Shown here: piece after piece, positions 12,201-25,381 of the stretch
Layout: each line of letters begins with the position of its first letter
Numbering within the stretch: the first letter of the stretch is position 1
From: Mytilus trossulus
Lineage: Eukaryota
Direction: 5' to 3'
NCBI RefSeq assembly: GCF_036588685.1
Contig: NC_086381.1
Location: 54,002,001 to 54,066,000 of the forward strand
Length of the DNA: 64,000 nt
Position numbers and translations under genes: made by a program
Notes under the pieces: model-generated
What the model saw: only the letters and a program-made list of their open reading frames with translations
Told to the model about the DNA's origin: nothing
Database searches by the model: none

Positions 12201-15119
12201 AATTTTAAGGTCATAGATAAGTTATCTCATATCGAATGACCGCAGTTCATTCAATTGTTTTGTTTATGAGTTTTACTGATTTCAAATATATAAGGGGAGA
12301 CAACTATAAAGGGTCACCAAAATAATGCGTTTAAGCTGCTCCATGTCTTAAACATTTTTTTTGCGAAAGCATCTCCTCATTAACTGTAACGGTCTCTGTG
12401 ACTTATGGTGTATGAATTTATTCAACATCACCTGTGTTGAATTTGAAATGGGAAATTACTCCCATACGATAACAAAAAACATCCTTAAGAGTAGACAGAC
12501 AATTTGGAAAAATGTTTTTGTCGATATCATTTACGGTTACAGAAAAATAAAGATAACAAGAAAAAAGGGTCGCGGGGAGATAACTCCTGTAAGAAAACGT
12601 GTTCGGTCACACAGGATGAATGGTGAAAACATAATCACTGTACAATATCATGGGCCAAAAAGTCTTTCGATTTGTCAAGTAACATAAAACATCTCAGAAG
12701 GTCTTTGCACCTCAACTACGATAATAAAGAGTTAAATTTAAAAAACGGTGTTAGAAGATATTACTTCTGGTTCATATGATTTGTTACTTCAAACTGATTC
12801 AAAACATATAAGATTTCTTGATACTCTTTCATTAAATTAGTATGGAATAGGCTACGTCCGGTTAAAATATTGTCACTTCCGGTTGACCTTTTTAAAGGTC
12901 ATATATCTACCAACCTAATGCAAAAGGTTAATGGTTTTATAATGAACCAGTAGGAATTTTTAGAAAAGGTCAAAATCTAGAACGTTAAATTGACCTTTGA
13001 CCTTAACGTCAATTGCAAGGGCATAGGTCAGTGATCTCAACATATCACCTTTATAAATTTGAAAAGGGAAATTACTCCCATAAGATGTCATTGGATCACT
13101 TCAGTTAAACTTAAGCAAAACAGCCTTAAGAGTAGACGAACAATTTAGAAACATATTTTTGTCGATATCATTTACGGTTACACAGAAATAACGATAACAA
13201 GGAAAAGGGGTCGCGGGGAGATAACGCTTATAAAAAAAGTATTCCGTCACACAGGGTGAATGGTGAAATCGTAAAGACTGTACAATATCATAGGCCAAAA
13301 ATCCTTCCGATATGTCTACTAAAAAAAAACTTACTTTTTCAGACGGAAGAAGAAAAAATTAAAAAAATTAGAAGGTTTTTCCACCATTGAATTTCAAAAT
13401 CATTGATTAGAAGTCACTTCCGGTTTACTCTAAATTATTTCTGGTCTAAAATGATAGGTTTTCTTTGTTATATTGATTCTAAATATATATTGATTTTTTG
13501 TTTTTTTGTCTAAAATAGGGAGATGGTTTGCTATTTCCGGTTAAAAACATGTCACTTCCGGTCTCATCAGATAGATTTTTTTCACATTGATTCCAAAAAT
13601 ATTTCTTTTTTTATATACTTTTTCCTTTAATAAGAGGTAATTTGCTACTTGCGGTTTAAAGAGGGTGACATTCAGTCGCAAATGATACGTTTATGCATGC
13701 TGATTAAAAAAAGATATGGTTTCTATGTACTTTTCCATGAAAAGAGTGCAAAAGACAATACTTCAGGTTGACATTTTTTAAGGTAAGAAGTCTCCAAACC
13801 TAATGCCAAAAATCCTATGGCTTTATCATGTTCAAGTATTAAGTTATAGCAAAGGTCAAGATCTAGAAAGTCACATTCTAATTTGACCTTGACCACAATT
13901 TCAAACCATCTCAAATCACTATACCCTAGAAGTTTCCTTTGTATAAATCATGAGTTATATCTTCATACAACTTATTTTAAACTTTCCAGGGTAAAAAAAT
14001 ATTAAAAGCGAAGGTCCTATTTTGACAAAGGTTACGACATGTTGCAACGAAACAATTTGGAAAACATTTTTGTAGTTGTTTATTACGGTTAAGTGAGGAA
14101 AAGCGAAAACAATCAAAAAGTAAAATTTAGATCATAACATTGACCTTTGACATTGACATCAAATTTCTGTTGGTGATCCAAGGACATCAAATCAAAATAC
14201 CCTATGTCTCTATAACTTACAGTTCATGATTAACATTTATATATTAGAATGTAAAATACAGAAGGGTAAATAACTCTCATATGGAGTCTCCGTATCGCTT
14301 CGACAAAATTTAACAAAATATCCTGAGGATAAAGTGTGGAAAAATAAATTTGGCGATTTTTACAGTTGCAGAGAGGTAAACATAACAAGGAAAACAGTGT
14401 ACGGGAAGATAACTCTCACAGGAGAAAGTGTACGGTTACACCTGGTCAGCTGCGAAAGCGTACTCAATGTTCGATATCATATGCTAAAATTCTTTTCGAT
14501 TTTTCGCAAAAAACTAATCTCAACATCAAAAAGACAAAAAATAAAAAAATATCAGGAAATTGGAAAGACCTAATAATCAGAACAAAAGCAAAAGGTCTTT
14601 GCAGGAAAATTTAAAAGACCTAATAGAAGAAATACAGTAAGGTCTTTCCCTTTTAGAAAAGGAAAGACCTTAAGTATATATATTATACTGTCAGAGCCAT
14701 AAATTGGGTAAGAAAAGAAAGAATGCCGAAATACTAGTATGCCTCTTGGTTTAACATTTCTGATTTGTTTGTGTCCTATGTTCATCACATCTACGAGTGT
14801 TTAAAAAAAACAGTTGATTGTTGTTACCTTAAATAATAAGTTACATTCTGAACGACTGCATTTTACTATACATATATATAAAATAATTTCCGATTTAAAT
14901 TACTAAAACACTTATATGTGGGTCATCAATCTAAGTGTTAAACTATGTGTAAGATGCGAATATTAACTTGTTTCCTTAAGATTGACGATTGTTACGAAAC
15001 CCATTTTCACATGTTCTAATATAAATATTCAACTCTATCTATTCATTTTTTTTGTATTTTAGGTGAGGTACGATAAAAAGAAGACCATCATTGTCACCCT
15101 CACACCTTTTGCAAGATGA
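9269..15119 (+). CDS. Orphan small protein, 3' coding exons 9269-9368, 11032-11119, 15063-15119 (..TESSKGTTKTITIFIGEDGWKGENPRMLIDDKGLHMDICKGADGNEYKYDKAEYTNGKFTMTVRYDKKKTIIVTLTPFAR*)
   Basis: Three exons with polypyrimidine-AG acceptors and GTAAAC/GTATGT donors; phases 1-2-0 join into one stop-free frame ending in TGA; AATAAA at 15240-15245. Confidence 0.65.
11193..14673. mobile_element. Helentron-associated (HINE-like) element with internal tandem blocks, in an intron
   Basis: Subterminal aggtctttccttttc at ~11202; terminal hairpin AGGTCTTTCCCTTTTAGAAAAGGAAAGACCT 14640-14670; gacctt(t)gacctt motifs; duplicated blocks ~11800-12120/12690-13040 and ~12440-12670/13060-13310. Confidence 0.65.
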
Positions 15120-15909
15120 ACTTTAGTTCGAAACAACGTAGATGAAACACAGGCAGAGAATTTGTTTTTATTGTAAGACAGCATTTTGATCTACAAGTAT
15201 TTGTAATGAATTTTTCCCTACTTATTATAAAAATTTAGAAATAAATGAGAATCCATAGTCATTGATAATATTTCTGTTGTCTGTCAAACAGATAAATATG
15301 TTTTAAGAAGAGTTTGAAAATATCGAGATGGTGTCATTATTTCTTTTATTTTTTATTTATGAAGGAAAGAAAAAACCAGGTCTACGGAGGCTTCTTTCTG
15401 CCGTCGTGAAGTCGAGTTGCCGAGATCATTAAATCGACTTGCCGAAATATTTACTACGGAAGAGTATATTGGCCTCGTGTTCGTTAATTTTATAACATAT
15501 TTATAATTAATTTTAAGCAAAGTAACACCTTATTTCACAATCTTTCTCTTACTTTTCTTGCATGTGTATGTCAGATTAATTTTAGGCGAGATAACGCATT
15601 GTTTCACATTTTTTTTGATATTTTCTCGCATATATAAATTAAAGTGCCATAATTTGTGATAAATAAATTGCCATGAATATGCTGTCGGTTTAACTTATAC
15701 GATTAAGCTGCCAAACAAAAACTGCTTCCGACTTCTTACTCAAGCCGCAGAAAATGTTGCTATTTTGAAAGTTATTGCTGAAAGATGTACGGTTTTGCTT
15801 TCAATTCACGTAAGTAGTTTTTTGTTAGTTTATGATGTGAAATGTTAAGTCGGGGTCACCCATATCAACCACAGAAATTTAGAAAAAAAGAAAAACAATC
15901 TGGTAAACT

Positions 15910-16060
15910 ACATAAGAAAATGCCTGTACCAAGTCAGGAATATGACAGTTGATATCCATTCGTTTGATGTGTTCGGACTTTTGATTTTGCCATTTAATGG
16001 GGGCTTTCCTTTTTGAATTTTCCTCGGAGTTCAGTATTTTTTGTGATTTTACTCTTTTTT
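15910..16060 (+). repeat. Dispersed repeat (cctgtaccaagtcaggaatatgacagttg family) with the 3' half of the twister motif
   Basis: Related copies at ~27065-27170(-), 29330-29520(+), 33050-33745(-, split by a MITE) and 37260-37740(+). Confidence 0.75.
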
Positions 16061-17827
16061 TTTATAACAGTTCCATTAATGAAAACCAAAAACCTTTGTA
16101 ACGTTAACTAATGAATGATTAGAAAAAACAAAACAAAATTATAAAAACCAAAAGTGTTAAGATATCAAGATTTTCAATGGACTCTCCTTATGTGTATAAA
16201 ACAAGACCGAGTACGTGTTAACTTGAACGATTTCACTGAAACAAAATTTTGGGACAATATGTTTGTTTCATTTGCTACGTAAGGTTTAAAACTTCTCTTG
16301 TTTATAGCCCACGAGAAAACGTTTTCTGTGACCGTAAATGGATGATAAGCTTAACCAATACATAACCACAATTAGGCACATAAGGTGTAATACCACCATT
16401 GATTTCCCCCTATTAGTCTTTGTTAAATTTGCACTTTTCAAAAAAATGTGCAGAATTTATCTTTGTTTTAAATAAAGAAATACTTGTCATGAGTAAAGTT
16501 TTATCCTGTCCAGTACTAACGTCAAAATGTCAAATAACATTTCGTTGCATATAAGAAAATAACCATCACTGGAAGTTAACTTATACAATTTTCACCTTTT
16601 GTTTTCTTTGTGCAAGCTTTAGTAACAATGTAACCTCAGGTTTCCAAATTATTCTATAGAAAAACCAAATGAAAAATAATGATGCTGTGAAACACCAAAG
16701 ATATATATGTATGGCCCAGAATTTATTTACTGCAATGAAATGTAGGATTAATTTTCTTCAAATGTCAAATTCAGGGGAATATCCTTTTCGACTTTTTTGT
16801 TGTTGTATACAACCGGATGTGACGTACTATGATTTGGTAGTATCACACCATAACAGAAAAATATAATTTGTATTGACTAACAATGAACCTGTGCAGCCTC
16901 TGACTTGAAACAGTAAATGTGACAAATAAATAAGAAATGTTTGTTGATAATAACTATCGAGAAATCCCCTCTTATAGTGAAGTTAAACGGTAGGGCCCTT
17001 TAATTTTAATCTGAATTGTCGTTGAAATTTTGGTACTGCATATATATATGTTTACTGGATAACGATGGTGCAGAAGCAGCAGTTTCTGTCAGTTATAACA
17101 TGAATAAGCCCAGAACCACAATTACACTATTTGCATGCAAACTAAATACTATTATTAAAATGAAATGACTTGACAAATGAAGAAACCAACTGTTCAGAGT
17201 GTTAAATCACAATTTAATAGTCGGGCCCTTTAAATCCTATCATCCAACATAATACATATCAAGTATCAGCATATTATTATTAATTATGTTTGGTCGTTAT
17301 TTCTGTCGATCACTGACCCATTTTCAAATTTTTTTTTTGCAACCGTAAATTACCTGCTAATTGAAAATAAATTAAGTAAAAAAAAATAAAACAGGCAAGT
17401 TGATGTATGTACAAACTACCTGTTGAGGATGCACTTCTGATAACGTCATTTAACTGTCGAGCCCTTTAAATGGAACGTTTTTAATGTAAAATATATCAAT
17501 AAGGTGCAATTGCACGGAGTAACATAACAATCGGTCAAAATTTATATGTCGATGTGTCATTTTGTTCGTCTTCTTTTAAGAAACCTGTGAAAACTTCTGT
17601 ACTTATTTTTCTATGTTGAAACATCCCCTTCCACGTGCTATGATTTTATCTCAAAGAGTTGAGACGAGCTTGAGGGTTCTTCAACTTGTTGTGAAATTTG
17701 TGTTCACCCTACTTTCCATTCACGAGTCAATGGAGTAACCTGTATAATCTGGCCGAATATAGCTGCTTATCGGTACTTTCCGAACTTCAAAATGTATGAC
17801 TTTTCCTTAATAAAAAAAATATAAAAT

Positions 17828-17955
17828 AAGAAGATATGGTATGATTGCCAATGAGACAACTCTCCACCAGAGACCAAATAACATAGATATTAACAACTAT
17901 ACATTGTAGGTTGACGTACGGCCTTAAACAATGATCCATACGCATAGTCAGCTTT
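17828..17955 (-). repeat. Terminal fragment of the abundant agatgtggtatgattgccaatgagacaac family
   Basis: Same terminus at ~18335-18515, 22730, 34000-34195, 40135, 40560-40660, 47600-47932 and 59973. Confidence 0.8.
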
Positions 17956-20327
17956 GGTATAGTTTTACTCCAAGAGGCAGAATTACAGGTGACCAACTAA
18001 ATGTACTCGTTTGGGTAATTCTAAAAAGATACTCAAGCTATAGAAAAGCGTGTCAGATTTTTCTCGGCACAATACAAACTTTGTTTGAATATTCTTCTTT
18101 ACAAAATAAAAAACAACAATAGAAAAATTGAAGTCATCTCGTAAGTTGTAAGGCTTAGATAAACTAAAATAATCATTACTTTATATAATATATATATATT
18201 ATGTGTTAAGCATATCAATTCCAATATCGAGCAAACTCTTTATTTTAATTTGTGAATCTTTGATATGTCAAGATAACATGGAATAGTAATAAATGTTTGA
18301 AAGCATCATGGACATGTACACTATATGTCAAAACTATACTTGTTTTTCTCGTTTGAATTGTTTTACATTGTCATTTCGGGGCCTTTTATAGCTGAATATG
18401 CGGTATGGGCTTTGCTCATTGTTGAAGGCCGTACGGTGATCTATAGTTGTTAATTTTGTGTCATTTTGGTCTCTTGTGGAGAGTTGTCTCACTGGCAATC
18501 ATACCACATCTTCTTTTTTATTGTTACAAAAAACACTTCTGGAGGCTCCAATAGGTTGAACGCAGGGTGGTCACAAGTGAGTTCTAAATTATAATCACAG
18601 AAGCAATATATCAAAATATGTTTGATGTTTTCATATAACTTCAAATGACGAATGTCCTTTTGCTTAGTACGATTATTCACATAATTTCGGTACTGTAACA
18701 ATTTGTTCAGACGTTTTGTACATTACATTGGATAAAAAAGACTGTAGTGTATATTACATTATTGTTATCCTTGACGTATTATCAAGGTAGGGGTTTTTCT
18801 TACACATATCTACATATAAATTTATTCTTTTAAAATAGATACCAGTGTAGTGTACTAAATTTTGAACTGATCAAATGCAAATTAAAATATCTACATGTTT
18901 CAACATTAGTGGTCTACCTTGGCCTTCATACTGCGAACACAGACAATTATATTACTACATTCGTATTCAAGACTCACAGAGGAAATGTTATTTACGTTTA
19001 ATTTTTTTAAAGAGATTTACTGTAAGATACTATTATAATTACATAAAAAATGTACCATATATCTGATAGAAACATTTTAGAAAATGAAAATGAATACAAT
19101 TGCAACCAAATACCCATTAATAACGTAAACGTGAATGTAAATTATTCTGCATATTTGGAAATATATGTTCAGTTGTTTGAAAGGTATTGATTGTTATCTA
19201 TATACCGTATTGTTAACGTGATCGATTTTAAATTCTCCAATTCATCGGTCTGCAAAAATTTGCTGTCAATATGTCGTAAATATGTAGCGATATGTTTAAG
19301 TTGAAGCAGAAACATTTTTCTAAACTTACAGAGAGTATGAATCTGTCTTTTTCCATAAATGGTGTGTTCGGGTATCAAACATTATTAAGATAAGTTGATG
19401 TTAACTTAATGTTAATATGAATGCACACTAAGACAAGATTTCAAATATTCAAAGTGTTCAGTAAACTGAGAAAAAAGATAGAAACTTCCATCCCATCACA
19501 ATATGAGACATGAAATAAATGTAAAACTAAGTACACTGTTTACAATAACATAAATGTTAGTTATTAATAAATCTAAAACATTTTCTTTACAACTGAAATG
19601 AACAATAAATAAACAGCCAGTTAAAGATTAAAAGTTTCCATTGAGCGTATTGTATATATGAACTTTTTCGTCAACTTATTTTGTAATTGTCTTTGCTTAA
19701 GTACAATTTGTTTTTAATGTGGCTTGAATTATGTCTTTCTTATGCAGAAAGGCGCATCAGGTGCATGCAGTTATAGAGTGTGATTTTTATTTACTTTCGT
19801 TATTAGGCGTACATCTCTTTTTACACATTACCAGTTTAAAGTTTATTTATCAAGTGTCATTTGAAATGCTTAAGATGTCGTTTCGGAACATTACGTTTGA
19901 ATGCATAATACACTTAACAAAACGTTAGCTTGTCTTTATACAATCATAGCATTTACGATTGTAGCTAGATAGTAACATTATCATTAGTTAAACTGAATAG
20001 ATACAGGATTATTTAAAGAACCTCGAACTTATGACATAAACGTTAGGTCTCAATATTATGAAGCAAAAATACTCAATATTGTGTGTGTGTATTTACATTG
20101 TACATGGTGTCTTTGTAGGTTCACAAAACATCTATCTTTAAAGAATACAATAACCGTCTTATCTTGTTTGTTACCTTAAAAAAGACAAAAAGACAAAAAA
20201 AAAGACAGAGGTTCTGTTCATAAATGTATTACAAAATAAACTTTTTTTTTTATTAATGTTGCATTAAAGTATTATATTGAAAACAAATGTCTTACATAAT
20301 TAAATGCGTCAGTTGAAAATTCGTACA

Positions 20328-20562
20328 AAGGGACATTTAAACTCATAAGTTGAAAATAAACTGACAACGCCATAGCTATAAAGGAAAAAATACCAACAGA
20401 CAAACAATAGTACACACAACACAAAATAAGAAAATAAAGACTAAGCAACACGAACCCTACCAAAATCTGGGGCTGATCTCAGGTGCTCCGGAAGGGTAAG
20501 CAGATCCTGCTCCACATGGGGCACATGTCGTGTTGATCATGTTAGTACAAACCCGGTGAAAA
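20328..20562 (-). mobile_element. Older 3' UTR fragment of Naiad family A
   Basis: Aligns to 53316-53545 (tgatctcaggtgctccggaagggtaagcagatcctgctccacatg). Confidence 0.85.
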
Positions 20563-22729
20563 GTTTCTGATCACCAAGTGTTTCTTTTGAAATTATGTTC
20601 ATTATAAAGATATTTGAAACATAACGATATGACTGCTAACAGTATTAAACGCACAAAAAAAAAAGACAAATCAAAGCATTTCTCATCACTTGGTAGTAAT
20701 GCAGATATTTTCGTATACTATTTGCCTTTTGTTTTACTTTTCTTATTCGAGCTTCACTGGAGAATCCTTTGTTTATGTTACCACGTCTGGCGACCACATT
20801 TTTAACCTTGGTATCTATGCTGAGCTTATCTAAATATTGTGCAGTCGTTATGCACTTTGCTTAGTGGGCACAAAAGATTTTTTGTTAATAGGGGTCACAG
20901 ATGTGAGCATAATTATTGCACACATAAGAGCGGACTTTTTTCATTTGACAAAACCCGATTATTGTTTTCTCAATTCGTATAATAAAATTTATATAAATAG
21001 ATACTAACATATGTACAGATCAAGTCATATTCAATCGATATGACATTGTCTGGATATAATAGTTTTACGCAAAATGACGTCATTCCCTTTTGTATTGGAG
21101 CATTTAAATTTAATTCCACTAAATAACCTGCTTCAAGTTCTGTCCTGCAGGAATTATTGAATCACTTCTTACTTTTACATGTTTTGAAATTCATGCAAAT
21201 AAAAAATATCCATGCGCAATCGATGTTCCTTGATAGATGTCCTTAAACATGTATAATGCCAGCTCAAACTACAAAATGTTACAGCCTGTAGTTTGAGTAG
21301 GAATGCAGAATTATAAATTGTGCTTTATGAAAATTAGTATATTTTAAGAACAACCACCATTTAAATTATAAAGTAAATGAGTCTGTCTAATTTTATTAGT
21401 TTAATTTATGACTTGGTTTTACCTGTTTTAATTTATATACCTTTATTTTTAAACATATGCATTGCCTGCACTATCTGAAACCTATGACACTGAAAAACCT
21501 ATGATAAATGTATGCTGAATCACTTCTAAAAATACTAGTTATGTAGAAGCTGTTTACATACAAGTCATTTTGGCTACAGGGGTTGATATTTGTCACACAC
21601 GTCTCTTTAAGTTTAAAAACTAACAGATTGAAAACAGAATGACCCAAATTAACAAAAAGGAGGGACACTTTAAAGTAAAACAACAAAAGTACAGCAGTCA
21701 ACATTGTGTTATAATCTCAATCAATATGAAAACAAACAAATATGTCAACATAGAAAAACAAAATTGCATATAGATAAAACACATTCGCAAAATTGAAACA
21801 CAAGCAGATAAAAATTGACATCAACACAACAACACAATGTCAGGATGTACAAGTACTTAGCCACGTCTAAAGGATATTACCAAAAATGGACTAAACAGTA
21901 AACGTTCATAATTTACAAAGACAAATGACAGAACACTATTACACGTATTTAAGATGATTAACAACGTCAGTACATAGAATATATACATCAAGATGCTGTC
22001 TGCTCTAAGGTCGGGTTGTTGTCGCATTCCCCAATTCCTTTTCAATTTTATCAAGACCATATATATTCATAGAATAATGCAGCTCTTTATCTAAATAGGT
22101 TAAACAAATCGATTGGAAATTATCAAATTGATTATTTTGTTTGATGTTTAGAAAAGGTTTTTTGTATAACATTTTTGTTTCTAAAAATCATGTGAACCTA
22201 ACAGAACAGAACAGAACACAAAAAATCCAAATCATCAGCAAAAAAAAAAATTGTTTATTGAGAAAAATCAACGGAAAATTGCAATTATTTAAACATCCTC
22301 CAAAATGATAAATTTGAGCTTATCAATATTTGTATTCAACAATAAAACAGTTTATTTTGAATCTGATCCACGCTTAGATAGATTGAATGGTGTGTGTGTG
22401 TGTGTGTGTAGGTGTGTATGTTTGTGTGTGTTTAGCGGAAATGTGAGAATTATATTACCCCTAAACCAATGTGTCATTGTTCTTGTCATTTATATTTTCA
22501 TCCATCAGTCTGAAAACATTTAAAATGAGCATTGCTCTACCTACATCGCTTGGTAGATGTTAGTTAATTTTAAAGTTTTAAAGTTATCATATGAAGAATG
22601 TACATGACATGATAACTAAATTCATATAACATGTTTTATAAAATGTAACAATTAAATAATTTTAAATTCACCATTGTTGACCTTTTTTGCTTTAGTGATA
22701 TTCATCATCAATTGTCAACTTATAAAAAA

Positions 22730-23030
22730 AGATGTGGTATGATTGCCAATGAAACAACTATCCACAAAAGACCAAAATGACACAGACATTAACAACTATA
22801 GGTCACCGTACGACCTTCAACAATGAGCGAATCCCATACCGCATAGTCAGCTATACAAAGCCCTGATAAGACAATGTAAAACAATTCAAACGAGAAAACT
22901 AACGGCCTTATTTATGTAAAAAAAAAAATGAACGAAAAACAAATATGTAGCACATAAACAAACGACAAACACTGAACTACAGGCTCCTGACTTGGGACAG
23001 GCACATACATAAATAATGTATCGGGGTTAG
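22730..23030 (-). mobile_element. Probable 5'-truncated retroelement 3' end with a partial twister motif (22986-23029)
   Basis: - strand TAA CCCC GA tacat..atgtg CCTGTCCCAAGTCAGG, followed by ~255 nt to the family terminus. Confidence 0.7.
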
Positions 23031-25010
23031 TTTTTTTTCCCAAAACTAAATATATTTTGTTTCAGACCGCCAACTCCAAATAATCAGTGATATACAAACA
23101 GCATACTCTGTATCACATATTAGCAATAAAGTGTAAAAGAAGAAAGGGATCTATTCAAACAATATGTTTATACGACAATTTAGAAAAAAGGCTTAAACAT
23201 ATGATATAGTTCATGCTATTTTTCATAAAAAGTGCAAAAACAAAAATTGAATGTAGATTTAAGTTGATTTGAACAAAATTGTATCGTGTCGCTAGGGCGA
23301 ACGACAGGTGTAAATATTTTGCCGTAGTTATGCACTTATGTTTAAGGGCTCAATAGAAATCATTAATTTGGAATAGAAGTAGCAACTAAAGAAATGGTAA
23401 TTGATCAAAATCAGGGCTTACTTTCTTTCAATAGACAAATAGCGATTTATGTGTCCATTCATTTAATACTATGCATATATTTGTAAACCAACACATGTCA
23501 AGATCTTGTAATATTAAATCGGAATACCTGGATTCTTGTTTGCATTGTAAAGTAAACAGCTTCTCAGAAACATTATATATATGAAACTAAATGCCGTAAT
23601 TTGAATTGATTTCCAATAAATGAACCGTTTAAAATTCTGTCCTGTAGAGTTGTACTGCATCACTGCTGCACTTTAAATGTTTTGTAATTCATAACAAACA
23701 AAACATAAACATGCGCATCAGACATTTCTTGATAGACGTCCTTCAACATGTAAAAATGAATATAGAACTGCAAAATCCGGACGCTAGTAGTTTGAGTGTG
23801 ATGACTGACATATATAGTGCTACCACTGTACAATAGTCGAATTTGAACTGAAATTACAAACAAGCATATCTGCTTTGAAACGTTGCCACAAACGAACGGA
23901 ACGGTTTAATTGTATTATCTATCATTAATTGCGTTTTGACTAATACACACTGTATGCAATTTACTGTATTCATTTTTTAATTTTTACTTCACAGTGTATG
24001 CAAAAGTTTGAATTGTGCAATTCGTCGTCTGTTCTAAAAAAAAACAACAGATTGAGTATGTTTTATGATAAAAAGATGTGAAGAAAATTTAAAATATGTG
24101 TGTGTAGCTTTTATACGGCATGAATAGAAAATGAAAGTTTTAAGAAATGCTTGTCTTTTTCCTGATCGGAGAGTGATAATACATTTGTTGTGCGTCCTTT
24201 GGAATATTTATGAGTTCTTGATGTCAAGTAATAACTGTTTATTCATTTTTGTTTGAAGACATCAATTTTCCGGTTTGATCAAATTTTTTTTTTCAAGGCT
24301 GCATATTTTTGTGATGCCATCCATTACCATTTCTAAATTAACTTCATATGCATTTCGTCAAGTATTTAAAATCGTTATGACCTACTTCATCATCGAAATG
24401 TCATAGAAATAGATTCTAAGTAGTTAGTTTTCCTGATTTTTACATCAATAAAATAGACAGGTCACTGTTTTGTCTTTCTTTTGATATCACAGTTTTTTTT
24501 TCTTCGAGCTTACGTCAGGATTTTCTAGACGACGGGGGATAACTCAATTCTGGAAGATATTCCACCATCCATCACAAACTCATTATACGTATGTTTAAAC
24601 ATTTGCATTTGTGTACTGTTTTACCCTGTGCGATTTTAGGGCTCTCATTTTCAACATAGAAGAAAGGGAATATCAGCCATTTTTACTTATGTGATATTCT
24701 TAAAAAGGGCATACTTAGTATTACTTATACAAATCTTAGCTGAAATATTTTTTTTCATACTTGTTTAAACAAAATTAAAACCCGACTGAAACCGCGAAGA
24801 CCCGAAAATAACCCCTTTGAAAACCGCCTGAAAATGTCAAAGAAAATGTAGTGGAAACGATACCAAGTTATCTGTCGAAATAGGAAAAGCTAAGACAAAC
24901 CAATTTATAGTAAACAAAAGTACATTAAATGCATTCTTCGTCTCTAGTACTTCCTTCCAGAAAACATTGTCCTTCCTTCCAGAAAATATTTATCCATGAA
25001 TATTACGAAA

Positions 25011-25381
25011 ACAGTTACTAAAAAAATGTATATCTCACAAATTTCACATTTGAACAGTTACTAAAAAAATGTATATCTCACAAATTTCACATTTAACGCC
25101 ATTCTATGCTAACAAACCATGACAACCACTGTATACTTTGTAAAATTTCTTAATGTTCCTTGTTTAACAAGTATAAATTAGATTAGAAAAGTGTGTGCTT
25201 ACCTAAGAAAAACAATCTATACATTTTTAATTTAATAACATGGGAGTTAAAAAACACATTTAACGCGTTACTATGGCAACAAACATTGACGACCATTGTA
25301 TATTTTGTAAAATTTCTTAATTTTCATTGTTGAACAAGTATAAATTTGATTAGAAAAGTGTGTGCTTACCTAAGAAAAACA
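25011..25381. repeat. Local tandem duplications (44-bp x2; ~168-bp x2)
   Basis: acagttactaaaaaaatgtatatctcacaaatttcacattt occurs twice; catttaacgc...tacctaagaaaaaca occurs twice. Confidence 0.85.

Noticed and set aside
12361-14788. Several 65-108 aa ORFs
   Set aside because: They lie within the tandem blocks of a non-coding Helentron-like element and show no Rep/helicase motifs
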